A stretch of DNA of 64,000 nt from an uncultured Solirubrobacteraceae bacterium. Lineage in GTDB: Bacteria > Actinomycetota > Thermoleophilia > Solirubrobacterales > Solirubrobacteraceae. The position numbers were made by a program, and so were the translations under genes. Shown piece after piece: positions 19,530 through 32,784 of the stretch. Where the stretch lies: NCBI GenBank assembly GCA_963714285.1, contig CAVQNS010000002.1, positions 5,480 to 69,479 on the forward strand. Direction: 5' to 3'. Numbering within the stretch: the stretch's first letter is position 1; every line of letters starts with the position of its first letter. The notes under the pieces are model-generated. The model saw only the letters and a program-made list of their open reading frames with translations, did not search any database and had not been told where the DNA came from.

Positions 19530-20894
19530 TCAGTCGCGCTGGTCGATTGCCGTGTAGTCGCGGTCGCGCTCGCCGGTGTAGATCTGGCGCGGACGGGCGA
19601 TCTTCTGCTCGGAGTCCTCGACCATCTCCTTCCATTGTGCGATCCAGCCGCTCGTGCGCCCGATCGCGAACATCACCGGGAACATCGCCACCGGTAGGCC
19701 GAGTGCCTCGTAGATCAGGCCGGAGTAGAAATCGACGTTCGGATAGAGCTTGCGCGAGGTGAAGTAGTCGTCGTCGAGCGCGCGCTTCTCCAGCTCGGTC
19801 GCGACGTCCAGCAGCGGGCTCTTGCCACGCACCTCGAACACGTCGTCGAGATATTTACGGATGATCCGCGCGCGCGGATCGTAGTTCTTGTAAACGCGAT
19901 GCCCGAAGCCCATCAGGCGCTCGTTGCCGGCCTTCACCCCCTCGAGGAAGTCGGGGATGTTCTCGACCTTCTCGATCCGCGAGAGCATGCGCAGCGCCTG
20001 CTCGTTGGCGCCGCCGTGCAGCGGTCCATACAGAGCCGCGACACCCGCGGCGACCGCCGAGTAGGGGTCGACCTGGGTCGAGCCGACGGCGCGAACGGCG
20101 TTTGTGGACGCGTTCTGTTCGTGGTCGGCGTGCAGGATGAACAGCACGTCGAGCGCGCGCTCCAGACGGGGATCGGGCTCGTATTTGAGCTCGGTCATCT
20201 TGTACATCATTCCGAGGAAGTTGCCCGCGTAGTTGAGGTCGTTGTCCGGGTAGACGTAGGGTTGGCCCATGTTGTGACGGAAGGCGAACGCCGCGAGCGT
20301 CGGCATCTTCGCCAACAGGCGGATGATCTGGATCGCGCGCACCCGCTCCTCGTGGATCTTGTTGGCGTCCGGGTAGAAGGTCGAGAGCGCGCCAACTGAC
20401 GCGACGAGCATCCCCATCGGGTTCGCGTCGTAGCGGAAGCCCTGCATGAAGTCCTTGACGTTCTCGTGCACGAACGTGTGGATCGTGATCTCGCCCACCC
20501 AGCCCGTCAGCTCGGCGTGGGTCGGCAGCCTGCCGTTGATCAGCAGGTAGGCGACCTCGAGGTAGCTCGAGTGCTCGCACAGCTGCTCGATCGGGTAGCC
20601 GCGGTGCTGCAGGATGCCGGCGTCGCCGTCGATGTAGGTGATCGAGCTGCGGCATGACGCGGTGTTCATGAAGGCCGGGTCGTAGGACATCATCCCGAAT
20701 TCGTCCTCGTCGACCTTGATCTGGCGCAGATCGCTTGCGCGCACCGTGCCGTCCTCGATCGGCAGCTCGTAGCTCTTGCCGGTGCGGTTGTCGGTCACCG
20801 TGAGCGTTTGCGGCGCGGGCGCCACGCCATTGCCGGTCGCCTCGTCGCTGCCCCCGGTGATGGTGTCCTCGATCGTCGAACGCTCGCTGCTCAT
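19530..20894 (-). CDS. gltA: Citrate synthase
   Basis: Motifs HADHEQNAST, GPLHGGAN, MGFGHRVYK and YPNVDFYSG. Confidence 0.97.
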   Translation of the reverse strand: MSSERSTIEDTITGGSDEATGNGVAPAPQTLTVTDNRTGKSYELPIEDGTVRASDLRQIKVDEDEFGMMSYDPAFMNTASCRSSITYIDGDAGILQHRGYPIEQLCEHSSYLEVAYLLINGRLPTHAELTGWVGEITIHTFVHENVKDFMQGFRYDANPMGMLVASVGALSTFYPDANKIHEERVRAIQIIRLLAKMPTLAAFAFRHNMGQPYVYPDNDLNYAGNFLGMMYKMTELKYEPDPRLERALDVLFILHADHEQNASTNAVRAVGSTQVDPYSAVAAGVAALYGPLHGGANEQALRMLSRIEKVENIPDFLEGVKAGNERLMGFGHRVYKNYDPRARIIRKYLDDVFEVRGKSPLLDVATELEKRALDDDYFTSRKLYPNVDFYSGLIYEALGLPVAMFPVMFAIGRTSGWIAQWKEMVEDSEQKIARPRQIYTGERDRDYTAIDQRD

Positions 20895-21010
20895 GGATGT
20901 CTCCTATCCGCGGTTTCGGATGCTCTTGCTTTGATTATTAGCAACCGCGCGCGCACTCGCCGCCGGCAGCCGACCGAAGCTCATCGCCGAGCCCGGAGCG
21001 GCCGGCCCGC

Positions 21011-21982
21011 TCAGCCGCGCAGCTGCAGCGGCGCGCCGCTGAACTGCGTCATCGCGTGCAGCTCATGGATGCGCGCGGCCACCTCTGTGCCTGTGAGGCG
21101 CACCATGCGCTCGGTCCCGAACTCCTCGACGTTGAACGACGCGAGCACCGTCGCGTGGGCCATCGCGCGCCGCAGCAGCGCGTCGGAGAGCTCCTCGTCT
21201 GGATGGACGGCGATGTAGCCGACGAGACCCCCCGCGAACGTATCGCCCGCGCCGGTGGGGTCGATCACGCTCTCCAGGGGATAGGCGGGCAGCGCGAAGA
21301 AGCCTTCCCGGGTGATGAGCGCGGCGCCGTACTCGCCCTGCTTTGCAACGATCACGCGCGGGCCGCGCGCGCCTTGGCGCGATGCGTCCGCGGACGGTGA
21401 CCAGGAGAGGATCTCGCGAGCGGCGGAGACGAGGTTGGGCTTGCCGGTCAGCTGGCGCAGCTCGGCGTCGTTGAGGATCACGCAGTCGACGCTCTCGATC
21501 GCTGCCACCAGCGAGTCGCGTGCGATCTCGATCCACAGGTTCATCGAGTCGAGCGCCACGAAGCGCGCATGCGGCAGCTGTCCGCGGACCTGCTGCTGCA
21601 GATCGGGCTGGATGTTGGCCAGGAACAGCACGTCGCTGGAGCGCGAGTTCTCCGAGAGCTTTGGCGAGAAGCCCTCGAACACTCCCAGCTGCGTGTCGAT
21701 CGTCTCGCGCGAGTTCAGATCCCAGCCGTACTCGCCCTGCCAGAAGAAGGTCTTGCCGTCAGCCACGCGCTCGACGTCGGACACGTCGACGCCGCGCGCA
21801 CGCAGCACATCGAGCTGCTGCTCGCCGAAGTCATCACCGACCGGACCGACGACACGCACGTCGTCGAAGAACGATGCCGCCAGCGAGAAATGCACGGCTG
21901 CGCCGCCGAGCATTCGCTCGCGCTCGCCGAATGGCGTCTTGACGGTGTCATAAGCAATTGATCCGACGACGGTGATGGGCAC
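21011..21982 (-). CDS. PfkB family carbohydrate kinase
   Basis: Motifs GGAAVHF and DPTGAGDTFAGG. Confidence 0.92.
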   Translation of the reverse strand: MPITVVGSIAYDTVKTPFGERERMLGGAAVHFSLAASFFDDVRVVGPVGDDFGEQQLDVLRARGVDVSDVERVADGKTFFWQGEYGWDLNSRETIDTQLGVFEGFSPKLSENSRSSDVLFLANIQPDLQQQVRGQLPHARFVALDSMNLWIEIARDSLVAAIESVDCVILNDAELRQLTGKPNLVSAAREILSWSPSADASRQGARGPRVIVAKQGEYGAALITREGFFALPAYPLESVIDPTGAGDTFAGGLVGYIAVHPDEELSDALLRRAMAHATVLASFNVEEFGTERMVRLTGTEVAARIHELHAMTQFSGAPLQLRG

Positions 21983-21997
21983 GAGCGCGCACCTTAG

Positions 21998-22035
21998 AGC
22001 ACCCCGCCGGCGCCCGGGTGCGCCGGCGGGGTGCT
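21998..22035. repeat. Perfect 16-bp inverted repeat in a divergent intergenic region
   Basis: AGCACCCCGCCGGCGC-ccgggt-GCGCCGGCGGGGTGCT. Confidence 0.85.
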
Positions 22036-22089
22036 GCCGCGGGGCATTCGAGGCGGGGCACGCTCGCCACTCCGATAGCCTCGAAGCCG

Positions 22090-23043
22090 ATGCGCGCCAT
22101 CCAAATGACCGAGTTCGGAGGCCCCGAGGTGCTCAAGCTCGCCGAGCTGCCGACCCCGCAACCTGGTCCAGACGAGACGCTGATCAAGGTCACGCGCGCC
22201 GGCTTGAACTTCGCGGACACGCACACCCGCACGAACTCCTACGTGCAAAAGGCGACGCTGCCCATGGTGCCGGGAGGCGAGGTGGCGGGCGTGCGCGAGG
22301 ACACGGGCGAGCGCGTGGTCGCGCTCGTCGGCAGCGGCGGCTACGCCGAGTACGCGGTCGCTCCCAGCGAGCGCGTGTTCTCGATTCCCGGCGAGCTCGA
22401 CGACGGCACTGCGCTTGCGATGATCGTCCAGGGGACGACCGCGTGGCACCTGTACCGCACCGCGGCGCGCGTGGGCAGCGGCGAGAGCGTGGTCGTGCAC
22501 GGCGCAGCCGGTGGCGTCGGGTCGATCGCAGTGCAACTCGGCCATATATTCGGAGCCGACCCGGTGATCGCCACGGCCACGAGCGAGGAGAAGCGCGGGC
22601 TGGCACTCGAGCTGGGCGCCGACGTCGCGATCGACCCGGCGGCCGAGGGACTCACCGGGCGGCTGCTCGAGGCCAACGGCGGCCGTGAGGTCGACGTCGT
22701 GTTCGACATGTCCGGCGGACCGGTGTTCGACGCGTCCTACAGGGCACTGGCGCCGTTCGGGCGGATCGTCGTGTGCGGGATCGCGACCAGCGAGCCGAAC
22801 GACGTGCGCACGGGTTCGCTGCTGCGCCACTCGCGCGCGGTGGTCGGCTTCTACATCTTCCACTGCCTCGAGCGCCCCGGGATGTTCGCGGAAGCGCTCG
22901 CCGATCTGTTCACGCGTGCCGCTGCCGGCGAGCTACGAGCGATCGTCGGGCACACCTATCCGCTCGCGCAGGCAGCCCAGGCGCAGATCGACCTGCGGGC
23001 GCGTCGCACGACCGGCAAGCTGCTGCTCGACCCGGCCGCCTAA
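22090..23043 (+). CDS. NADPH:quinone oxidoreductase (MDR family)
   Basis: Motifs FGGPEVL, GLNFAD, HGAAGGVG and TTGKLLL. Confidence 0.9.
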   Translation: MRAIQMTEFGGPEVLKLAELPTPQPGPDETLIKVTRAGLNFADTHTRTNSYVQKATLPMVPGGEVAGVREDTGERVVALVGSGGYAEYAVAPSERVFSIPGELDDGTALAMIVQGTTAWHLYRTAARVGSGESVVVHGAAGGVGSIAVQLGHIFGADPVIATATSEEKRGLALELGADVAIDPAAEGLTGRLLEANGGREVDVVFDMSGGPVFDASYRALAPFGRIVVCGIATSEPNDVRTGSLLRHSRAVVGFYIFHCLERPGMFAEALADLFTRAAAGELRAIVGHTYPLAQAAQAQIDLRARRTTGKLLLDPAA

Positions 23044-23060
23044 GCTCCATGTCCACAGTC

Positions 23061-24491
23061 ATGACCAAGTCCTTTGCCGACCTCGGGCTCTCCGAGGCAA
23101 CACTCCAGGCGCTGCGCGACGTCGGCTACGAGTCGCCGAGCCCGATCCAGGAACAGGCGATCCCCGCGCTGCTGGAGGGACGCGACGTGATCGGGCAGGC
23201 CCAGACCGGAACCGGCAAGACCGCGGCCTTCGGACTGCCGATCATGGAGTACCTCGACCCGAGCGAGCAGGTGGTGCAGGCACTCGTGCTGACCCCCACA
23301 CGCGAGCTCTGCATCCAGGTCACGCAGGCGCTGCGCACGTACGGTTCGCACAGCGGCATCGACGTGGTCGCGGTCTTCGGCGGCGCTCCGATCCGCACCC
23401 AGCAGGCGCAGCTGCGCGCCGGCGGCCATGTCGTCGTGGGAACCGTCGGACGCGTGCTCGACCTGATCTCACGCCACTCGCTGGTGCTGCACGACTGTCG
23501 TTTCCTCGTGCTCGACGAGGCCGACGAGATGCTCGACCTCGGCTTCCTCGAAGATGTCGAGAAGATCCTCTCGCTGACGCCCTCGAGCCGCCAGACGGCA
23601 CTGTTCTCGGCGACGATGCCCGGCCCGATCAGGATGCTGGCCGACCGCTACATGTACGACCCGGCGCTGATCAAGGTCGAGGCGGAGACGCTGACGATCG
23701 ACACCGTTGCGCAGTTCCAACTGCCGGTCGAGACGCGTGACAAGCCGGACAAGCTCGTGGAGGTGCTGCGCGCGGAGTCGCCTGACCAGGCGATCGTGTT
23801 CGTGCGCACCAAGGTGCGCTGCGACCAGCTGTTCCGTACGCTCCGCGATCGCGGCATGAACGTGCGGGCGCTGCACGGCGACATGTCGCAGGGCTCGCGC
23901 GACGGCGTGATGCTGGCGTTCAAGAGCGGACGCGTGCCGATCCTGGTGGCCACCGACGTCGCCGCACGCGGGCTGGACATCTCGACGGTTACGCACGTGA
24001 TCAACTACGACGTGCCCACCAGTCCCGACACGTACGTGCACCGCATCGGACGCACCGGGCGGGTCGGGCGCTCTGGCCGCGCGATCACGTTCGTGGAGGA
24101 TCGCCAGAAGCGAGAGCTCGAGGCGATCGAACGACACATCGGCACCTCCATCGCCAAGTGGGAGCAGGGTGCGGTCGCCGCGCCGACGCCTGTGCGAGAG
24201 CGCCCGCGCAGGCATTCCAAGCCACGCATCTCAAGGCGCGACGAGCAGGAGTCCTACGCCAAGCTGGTGCTCGGCGGCGGGCGCGCGGCAGGCCTGAGCG
24301 TGGCCGACATCGTCGCCTCGGTGACCTCCTCGGCGGGCCTCGACGGCGAGGCCGTGCGCGACGTGCTCGTGCTCGAGCGCTTCTCGTTCCTGTCGGTGCC
24401 CGAGGCGGAGGCCGACCGCGTGATCGAGACGCTGCACGAACAGCCGCTCAACGGTCACTCATTGAGTCTCGAGCGCGTGAAGGTAAGGTAG
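23061..24491 (+). CDS. DEAD-box RNA helicase with C-terminal DbpA-type RNA-binding domain
   Basis: Motifs [25 protein letters not shown] and HRIGRTGR. Alternative start at 23049. Confidence 0.95.
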   Translation: MTKSFADLGLSEATLQALRDVGYESPSPIQEQAIPALLEGRDVIGQAQTGTGKTAAFGLPIMEYLDPSEQVVQALVLTPTRELCIQVTQALRTYGSHSGIDVVAVFGGAPIRTQQAQLRAGGHVVVGTVGRVLDLISRHSLVLHDCRFLVLDEADEMLDLGFLEDVEKILSLTPSSRQTALFSATMPGPIRMLADRYMYDPALIKVEAETLTIDTVAQFQLPVETRDKPDKLVEVLRAESPDQAIVFVRTKVRCDQLFRTLRDRGMNVRALHGDMSQGSRDGVMLAFKSGRVPILVATDVAARGLDISTVTHVINYDVPTSPDTYVHRIGRTGRVGRSGRAITFVEDRQKRELEAIERHIGTSIAKWEQGAVAAPTPVRERPRRHSKPRISRRDEQESYAKLVLGGGRAAGLSVADIVASVTSSAGLDGEAVRDVLVLERFSFLSVPEAEADRVIETLHEQPLNGHSLSLERVKVR

Positions 24492-24495
24492 GCGC

Positions 24496-24954
24496 ATGTC
24501 AACCCTCACGATGCAGACAACAGAAGGACCGATCGTCTTCGAGCTGTTCGACGAGGACGCGCCCAAGACTGTCGAGAACTTCCGCAAGCTCGCCGGCGAT
24601 GGCTTCTACGACGGACTCACCTTTCACCGCGTCATCAAAGACTTCATGATCCAGGGCGGCTGCCCACAGGGGACCGGCACGGGCGGTCCCGGCTACACGT
24701 TCGAGGACGAGATCAATCCGCACAAGATCGTGCGCGGCGCGCTCGCGATGGCAAATGCCGGGCCTGACACAAACGGCTCGCAGTTCTTCATCGTCACAGC
24801 CGACGCCTGCCCATGGCTGGACGGCAAGCACACGGTCTTCGGCCAGATCACCGAGGGCATGGACGTCGTCGAGAAGCTCGAGGGCGTCCCCACCGACGGG
24901 GGAGACCGCCCGTCCGAGCCGATCGGCATCGCCTCGCTCGAGATCTCGGAGTAG
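24496..24954 (+). CDS. Cyclophilin-type peptidyl-prolyl cis-trans isomerase
   Basis: Motifs [23 protein letters not shown] and LDGKHTVFG. Confidence 0.95.
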   Translation: MSTLTMQTTEGPIVFELFDEDAPKTVENFRKLAGDGFYDGLTFHRVIKDFMIQGGCPQGTGTGGPGYTFEDEINPHKIVRGALAMANAGPDTNGSQFFIVTADACPWLDGKHTVFGQITEGMDVVEKLEGVPTDGGDRPSEPIGIASLEISE

Positions 24955-25012
24955 CGCCACACGGACAGGAGTACTCTGTTTCGTACGAGCTACGAAGGGG
25001 AGAGTGCATCTG

Positions 25013-26610
<1,598 letters not shown>

Positions 26611-26614
<4 letters not shown>

Positions 26615-26732
26615 ACGCCGTAGGCGCGGCGCGAGGCTTGTCCTCGGTCGCTCGCGTGTTCGCAAGCCGTGGCGTGCGTTCGCACGCCACGCTTCCTTGC
26701 GTCCGCGCCTCGCTTGGCCTACGGCCGTCTAG
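26611..26732. repeat. About 120-bp imperfect palindromic element (REP/MITE-like or bidirectional terminator)
   Basis: Ends CTAGACG-CCGTAGGC / GCCTACGG-C-CGTCTAG with inner stems GCGAGGC/GCCTCGC, GCAAG/CTTGC and CGTGGCGTGCG/CGCACGCCACG. Confidence 0.7.
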
Positions 26733-26740
26733 GGATTTGC

Positions 26741-28436
26741 TCACAGGCGCGCGAGCGCCGCCTCGGCGTGCTCGGCGTCGCGCTCCAGGGCCGCGATGAA
26801 CGCTTGGACGACGCACGCGTCGAATTGGCTGCCGACACAGTGCTCGAGCTCGGCGCGCGCGGCGGTGTGCCCAATCGAAGGGCTGTAGGCTCGGTCGCTG
26901 GTCATCGCCTCGTATGAGTCCGCCACTGCGAGGATGCGCGCCTCGATCGGGATCGCGTCACCGCTCAGGGCGAGCGGATAGCCGCGCCCGTCGGGACGCT
27001 CGTGGTGCGCTCCCACCCACTCGCGCACGTCTGTGAGGCTCTGGTGTTCGAGGATTTGCGCGCCGAGCTCGGGATGGCGCTTGATGACCGAGAACTCCGC
27101 GTCGGTGAGCTTCGCGGGCTTGCTGAGGATGCTGTCGGGGACGCCGACCTTGCCGATGTCGTGCAGCCTGCCCGCAAGCTGCACGCGGGCCGCACGCTGC
27201 TCTGAGAGACCGAGCTCGCGGGCCATCATCTCGGCGTAGCGCCCAACCGTCTCGGAGTGTCGCGCGCTGCCACTGAAGCGCAGGTCCACCGTCTCGGCGA
27301 GGTCCAGGACGACCGCGAGGAACCGCTCTGCCTGCACGTCGCGTGACTCTCCGTCCATGCGCTGCTCCCGCTGGATGGTCCGGTTGTAGAGCATCGTGAT
27401 GTCGCGTCCGCTGGCCTTGGCCGCGTACAGCGCATGGTCGGCGGCGCGCAGCAGCGAAGCGGCGGTCTCGCCGTGCTCGCGATAGCTCACGACGCCAAAG
27501 CTGATGGTCACGGGCACCGCGTCGTCGGCGAACTCGTCGCGCAGCTCGCAGCGCAGTCGCTCCGCGATCGCGAACGCGCTATGCGGGTCAGTGTCGGGGA
27601 GGATCAGCGCGAACTGCTCGCCGCTCACCCGCGCGAGGCCGTCGATCGCGCGCTTGCCGGCTTCCAGCAGGCGCGCCACTCGCTGCAACGCGGCGTCGCC
27701 CACGCGCTGGCCCGAGCGGTCGTTGATCTCCTTGAAGTGATCCATGTCGCCGACGAGCAGCGCCATCTGGCCTGTGCCGCGACGTGCGCGCTCGAGCTCG
27801 AGGTCGAGCAGTTCGCGGAAGCCCCGCCGGTTTGCAAGCTGCGTCAGGGGATCTGTGCGGGCGGCGTCGTAGAGGCTTGCGATCAACAGCTCGGCGCGCT
27901 CGCGCATCGAGCGGGTCAGGATCGCGGCGACCAGCAGCGAGCCCATGCCCACCAGCCACCACGCCGGGATGCCGCTCGACGGCGGCCTTGCGAGCAACAG
28001 CGCCCCGTATGCGATCCCGACGTATACGACCTGCACGATCATCTCTCTGGTCGTAAAGAAGTAAGCCGAGTAGAGAAACACCCACAGGTAGAAGAAGACC
28101 AGCGGGCTCGGGCTCTGTGCGGAGAAGTAGGCGACGCCGGTGATCAGCGTGCTGCCCCATGCCAACGCGAGGCGCAGGATCCAGCTCGGTGCCGGTACGC
28201 GCACGCCAGAACAGCGCCGCCGCGACGACATAGGCGATGCCGACGATCAAGAGCAGGCCGGTGTCGCTCGCTTGCGCGGAATGCGGGAGCGCGACCGTGA
28301 CCAGCGCCAGCGTCGCGCCGGCGGCGAACAAGCCCGCGAGCGCCTTGGCCATCAGGCTGGACTCGAAGCTCGAGGCAACCCTTGCCGCTGATCCTGATGG
28401 CACGCCGGGATCCTGGGCCATGAGCAGCATGGTCAT
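26741..28436 (-). CDS. Membrane-anchored degenerate GGDEF + HD-GYP protein (frameshift near 28190)
   Basis: N-terminal TM segments; DMDHFKEIND...ARVSGEQF; HDIGK and HHERPDGRGYP. Start approximate. Confidence 0.85.
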
Positions 28437-28539
28437 AGCCGTGCTTTCGGCGTGGTTGCGCCAACGCATGAGCATCGGCGCGAGGTTGGCAGACAGGCGT
28501 TGACGCTCTAGAGTGACGAGCGTGTTTGGCTCGTCGCGC

Positions 28540-29176
28540 TCGCTCAAGCGGACGCCCAGCAGCCGCTCGAGCTCCGGGATCGTCTTCTCGGCGCTCGTGT
28601 GGTGGATCGTGGCCATCCCCAGCTCCTGCGCCGGGGTGAGGTTGAAGGGCAGGTCATCGACGTAGACGCACGCGCTGGGCGCCACGCCGGCGCGCTCGGC
28701 GCCCAGCTCGTACATGCGGCGCGAGGGCTTGCGGATGCCCTCCTCGGCGGAGATCACGACGCCGTCGAACAGCTCGTCAAACATCTCGTGCGGGTAGCGG
28801 TGCACGCCCCAGGAGTTCGACACGAGCGCCGTGCGCACGCCGGCCGCGCGTGCGCTGAGCGACAGCCTGCACCATCGCTGTGTCCGGGTGCACGCCCGCG
28901 AACAGCCCGTCGATCAGCCCGTCGGGCTCGACTTCGAGCTGCGCGGCGAACTGGAGCTCGAACGCGTCCTCCTCGAGCTCGCCCTTCTCCAGTGCGATCA
29001 GCAGCTCGCGCGCGGCGGGGTCGGTCCTGAAGCGCCCCATCAGCCTCTCCGGTGGGATCCCGGCCGGCGAGGCAGTACGCGTGGAAGGAGGCGAACAGGT
29101 TGGTCGTCAGCACGCCGCCCCAATCGATCAGCAGGGCCGAGCGCGTCGCCGCCGTCGAGCTCGTTCGAGCGCTCAT
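28540..29176 (-). CDS. HAD-family phosphatase (frameshifted)
   Basis: Motifs LIDWGGVLT, VSNSWG, RKP and VYVDD spread over three frames; end uncertain. Confidence 0.8.
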
Positions 29177-29178
29177 GC

Positions 29179-30271
29179 TCAGGCACCGAGCGCCACCTCC
29201 TCTGCGCGTTCGGCCAGCTCGAGCACTCCCTCGCCGAACTGGTGCAGGTACGGATCGTCGGTCGTGCCGGCGATCGCGCGCTTGTAGTTGCCCTCCATGA
29301 ACACCACGCTCTTCCACAGCGCCAGCGCCATGTACCAGCGGATGTCGCCGACCGAGCGTCCTGAGCGCTCCTCGTAGCGGGCGATCAGCTCCTCGCGCGT
29401 GTCGAAGCCCTCCGCGCGCGTGACGTTGCCGAGCGCTGCCCGCAGGCCGTCGCTGGGGTCACCCGCCTGCGCCCACATCATGCACAGGTAGCCGATGTCG
29501 GCCAGCGGGTCGCCGATCGTGGCCATCTCCCAGTCGAGCACCGCCGTCAGCCGCGCGGGCGCCTCCGGCGCGAACATCGTGTTGCCGAGGCGATAGTCGC
29601 CGTGGACGATCGTCGCCTGGGTCGGCGTCGGGCTCGGCAGGTGCTCGCGCCAGCCACGCGCCGACCGTCTCGACCGCGGGTATCTCACGCGTCTTGTTCA
29701 GCTCCCACAGGCCGCCGAAACGCCGCAGCTGGCGCTCCAGATAGCCGGTCGGCTTGCCGAAGTCCTCCAGCCCGATCGAGCGCCAGTCGACGCCGTGGAT
29801 CTCCACGAGCGCGTCGATCAGCTGCTCGCCGATCCGCCGGCGCTCGGCGGGCGTGTCGAGCTCCGGCGGGACGCTCGCGACGATCACCTCGCCCTCGACC
29901 CGCTCCATCACGTAGAACGGCGCGCCGATCGTGCTGTGGTCCTCGCACACGGCGAGCACCTCCGGCACCCGCGCCGGCGTGTCGCGCAGCGCGCGCAGCA
30001 GGCGCGCCTCGCGCAGCACGTCGTGGGCGCTCGGCGGCAGCGGCGGGCGGGGGGGACGGCGCAGCACGAGCTCGCTGCCGTCCCGCTCGATCAGGTAGGT
30101 GACGTTCGAGTGGCCCTCGCCGATCGGGGTCGCCCGCAGCTCGCCCTCGCCGAGGCCGTGCGCGTCGAGGAACGCCCGCAGCGGCTCGATCACGAGCAGC
30201 GGCGGGCGGCTGTTACCCTCCGCGTCCGCCGGGGTCTGGACGATGTCGTCTGCTGCGATCGGGGCGCTCAC
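29179..30271 (-). CDS. Phosphotransferase (APH/ACAD10-like kinase) family protein (frameshift near 29650)
   Basis: Motifs GHSNVTY, LRRPP, AHDVLRE, HGDYRLGN and LDWEM. Confidence 0.88.
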
Positions 30272-30328
30272 GGACCCGAACGCTACATAGACCGCAACCT
30301 TCTCTGCGCCGAGGTGTCTAAAGCGACC

Positions 30329-31782
30329 ATGCCCAGAATCCGAACTCTCCTCCTCTCGCTCGTCGCCGGCGCTCTGCTGGCCGGCTCCGCCGGCGCCGTC
30401 CAGGCGCTCGCCTCCCAGGGCCAGACCGACTACTTCGAGGGCTCCGCGCTGCTGCTCGAACCCGACCACGCGCCACCACGCGATCGAGCAGATGCAGCAC
30501 CTCGGCGTCAAAGCCGTGCGCGTCGAGTTGAAGTGGTACGAAGTCGCGCCCAGGCGCCAACAGCGCCACGAAGCCGAGCTTCGAAGCGGCCAATCCCGGC
30601 AGCTACAACTGGGGCGCGTACTCGACGCTGCTCGCCGAACTCAAGCAGCTCGACTGGCCCGTGCTGCTGACGGTCACCGGGCCGGCGCCGCGATGGGCGA
30701 CCGCCAACCACCAGGCCCCCTACATCACCCGCCCGGAACCCGAAGCTTCGAAAGTTTCATGACCGCGGTCGGCACGCGAGTTCGGCTCGGAGGTCTCGAC
30801 TTATGCGATCTGGAACGAGCCCAACGAGCCGGTGTTCCTGATGCCGCAATGGAAGTCCAACGGCACGCCTGAATCGGGGCGCATCTACCGCGGCCTCTAC
30901 CAGGCCGGCTATGCGGGGCTCAAAGCCGCTGGGCTGGCTCACCCGCGGGTGCTGTTCGGCGAAACCGCGCCGGCCGGCTACGACACTGTGAGCACGCGCA
31001 GCGAAGGCTCGAGGGCGCTGCACGCACCCGGTCGCGCCGCTGGCGTTCATGCGCGAAGCGCTGTGCCTCAACGCCAAGTACAAGAAAGCCGGCGTCCTGC
31101 AGCGAGCTGCCGATGAGCGGCTACGCCCACCACGCCTACACGCTGCCCGCCGGTCCCTACTACGTCCGCCGAAAAGCGCGACGACGTGATGATCGGCGTG
31201 CTCTCGCGGCTGTCGAACGCCCTCAACCTGGCCGCGCGCGGCGCACGCGATCCCGAGCGGCCTGCCGATCTACCTGACGGAGTTCGGCGTGCAGAGCTTC
31301 CCGAACAAGGATCTCGGCGTCTCGGGCGCCAAGCAGGCCGAATTCGACGCGATCGACGAACACATCGCCTACGACAATCCGCGTGTTGCCGCGTTCTCGC
31401 AGTACCTGCTCAAAGACGACGCGCTGGGCGGCCGGGCGCAGAACCGCGGGGCGAGCTTCCAGACGGGCCTCGAGTACTACAGCGGTGAGCCCAAGCCGCT
31501 GTACTCGAGCTGGCCGATCCCGCTGACCGTCACCAAAGAGCGCCACGGCGTCGCGCTGTGGGGCCTCGTGCGCCCGACCACGAGCTCGACCAAGGTGACG
31601 GTGCTGGTCCGGCCGCAAGGGCTCGAAGCGCTTTCGCACGCTGCGCACGGTCGAGACCAACAGCCTCGGCTACTGGAGCTTTAGCTCGAGCACGGCCGGG
31701 CAGGCACTGGCGCGTGCGCTGGACGAGCCCGAAGGGCGTGAAGTACGAAGGTCCGGCGATCGGCGCGTACACGGTGCCCTGA
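30329..31782 (+). CDS. Secreted clan GH-A-like glycoside hydrolase (several frameshifts)
   Basis: Signal peptide MPRIRTLLLSLVAGALLA...; IWNEPN and IYLTEFG catalytic-type motifs. Confidence 0.7.
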
Positions 31783-31880
31783 CGGCGGTGAGCGCGTTCG
31801 CAGACGTCGGATGACGGGCGCGGCGGGCTATCCGCCGCGCCGCTCGGAGATGCCTCGGCGCCGCCCTACGATGAGTGGAC

Positions 31881-32761
31881 ATGCCCGAGCTGCCCGAGGT
31901 CGAGGTCACCGCGCGCCTGCTCGACGCCGCGCTGGGCGGTGCGCGGATCGTGTATGCGCGAGCGCCTGGCATCAACGCGCTGAGGACCTTCGACGCCGCC
32001 GTTGTCGGCGCTGGAGGGAGGGCGCATCGCAGTCGCGCGCAGGCGCGGCAAGCACCTGATCGTGGAGATCGACGGAGGCGCAGGTGGGGAGTCTCCGACG
32101 CGGCTGGCGCTGCTGATCCATCTGATGTCCGCGGGGCGCCTGCAGCTCTACGACAAGCCCGCCGGACCGCGCGATCGCACATCGCGCCTGCTCGTGGGGC
32201 TCGAGGACGGTCGCGAGCTGCGCCTGCGCGAGTTCGGCTCCAAGCAGGCCGCGTGGGTGAAGCTGCTGCCGTCGATGAGCTGGAGCAGGACGATGCGCTC
32301 GCGTCGCTCGGCCCCGAAGCATGGCCGGATCCGGGTGCAGCGGCGCAGCTGCAAGAGCTGCTGGACGCGCCGCGACCGCTGCACGCGCTGCTGCGCGACC
32401 AGCACGTGATCGCGGGCATCGGACGCTCGTGGGTCGATGAGATCCTGTGGCAGGCGCAGCTCTCGCCGTACAAGCGCGGCGCCGACCTCGACGACGGACG
32501 AGGCGCAGCGGCTGCACGACGGCGATGCGCGAGACGCTCGGCGGCGCGATCGCGCACTACGAGCAGACGATCAGCCTGCCGATCCCCGACAAGCTGCCGA
32601 TGCCGCTGCGCGTCCACCGTCACCAGGGCGAGCCGTGCCCGCGCTGTGCGACTACGCTCGAGGCGGTCCACTTCGAGGACTACGTGATCGCCTACTGCCC
32701 CACCTGTCAGACCGAGGGACGCGTGCTCAAGGACCGCCGCCTGTCGCGGCTGCTGCGGTGA
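31881..32761 (+). CDS. Fpg/Nei family DNA glycosylase (frameshifted)
   Basis: MPELPEVE N-terminus, RRGKHL, HLMSAG, AGIG and a CPRC...CPTCQ zinc finger. Confidence 0.88.
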
Positions 32762-32784
32762 GCGACGACGCGTCGCTCGCGTGA

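Noticed and set aside
27588-28838. Apparent HAD-GGDEF fusion ORF
   Set aside because: It lies in the indel-rich zone and the linker looks intergenic; most likely a lost stop codon.
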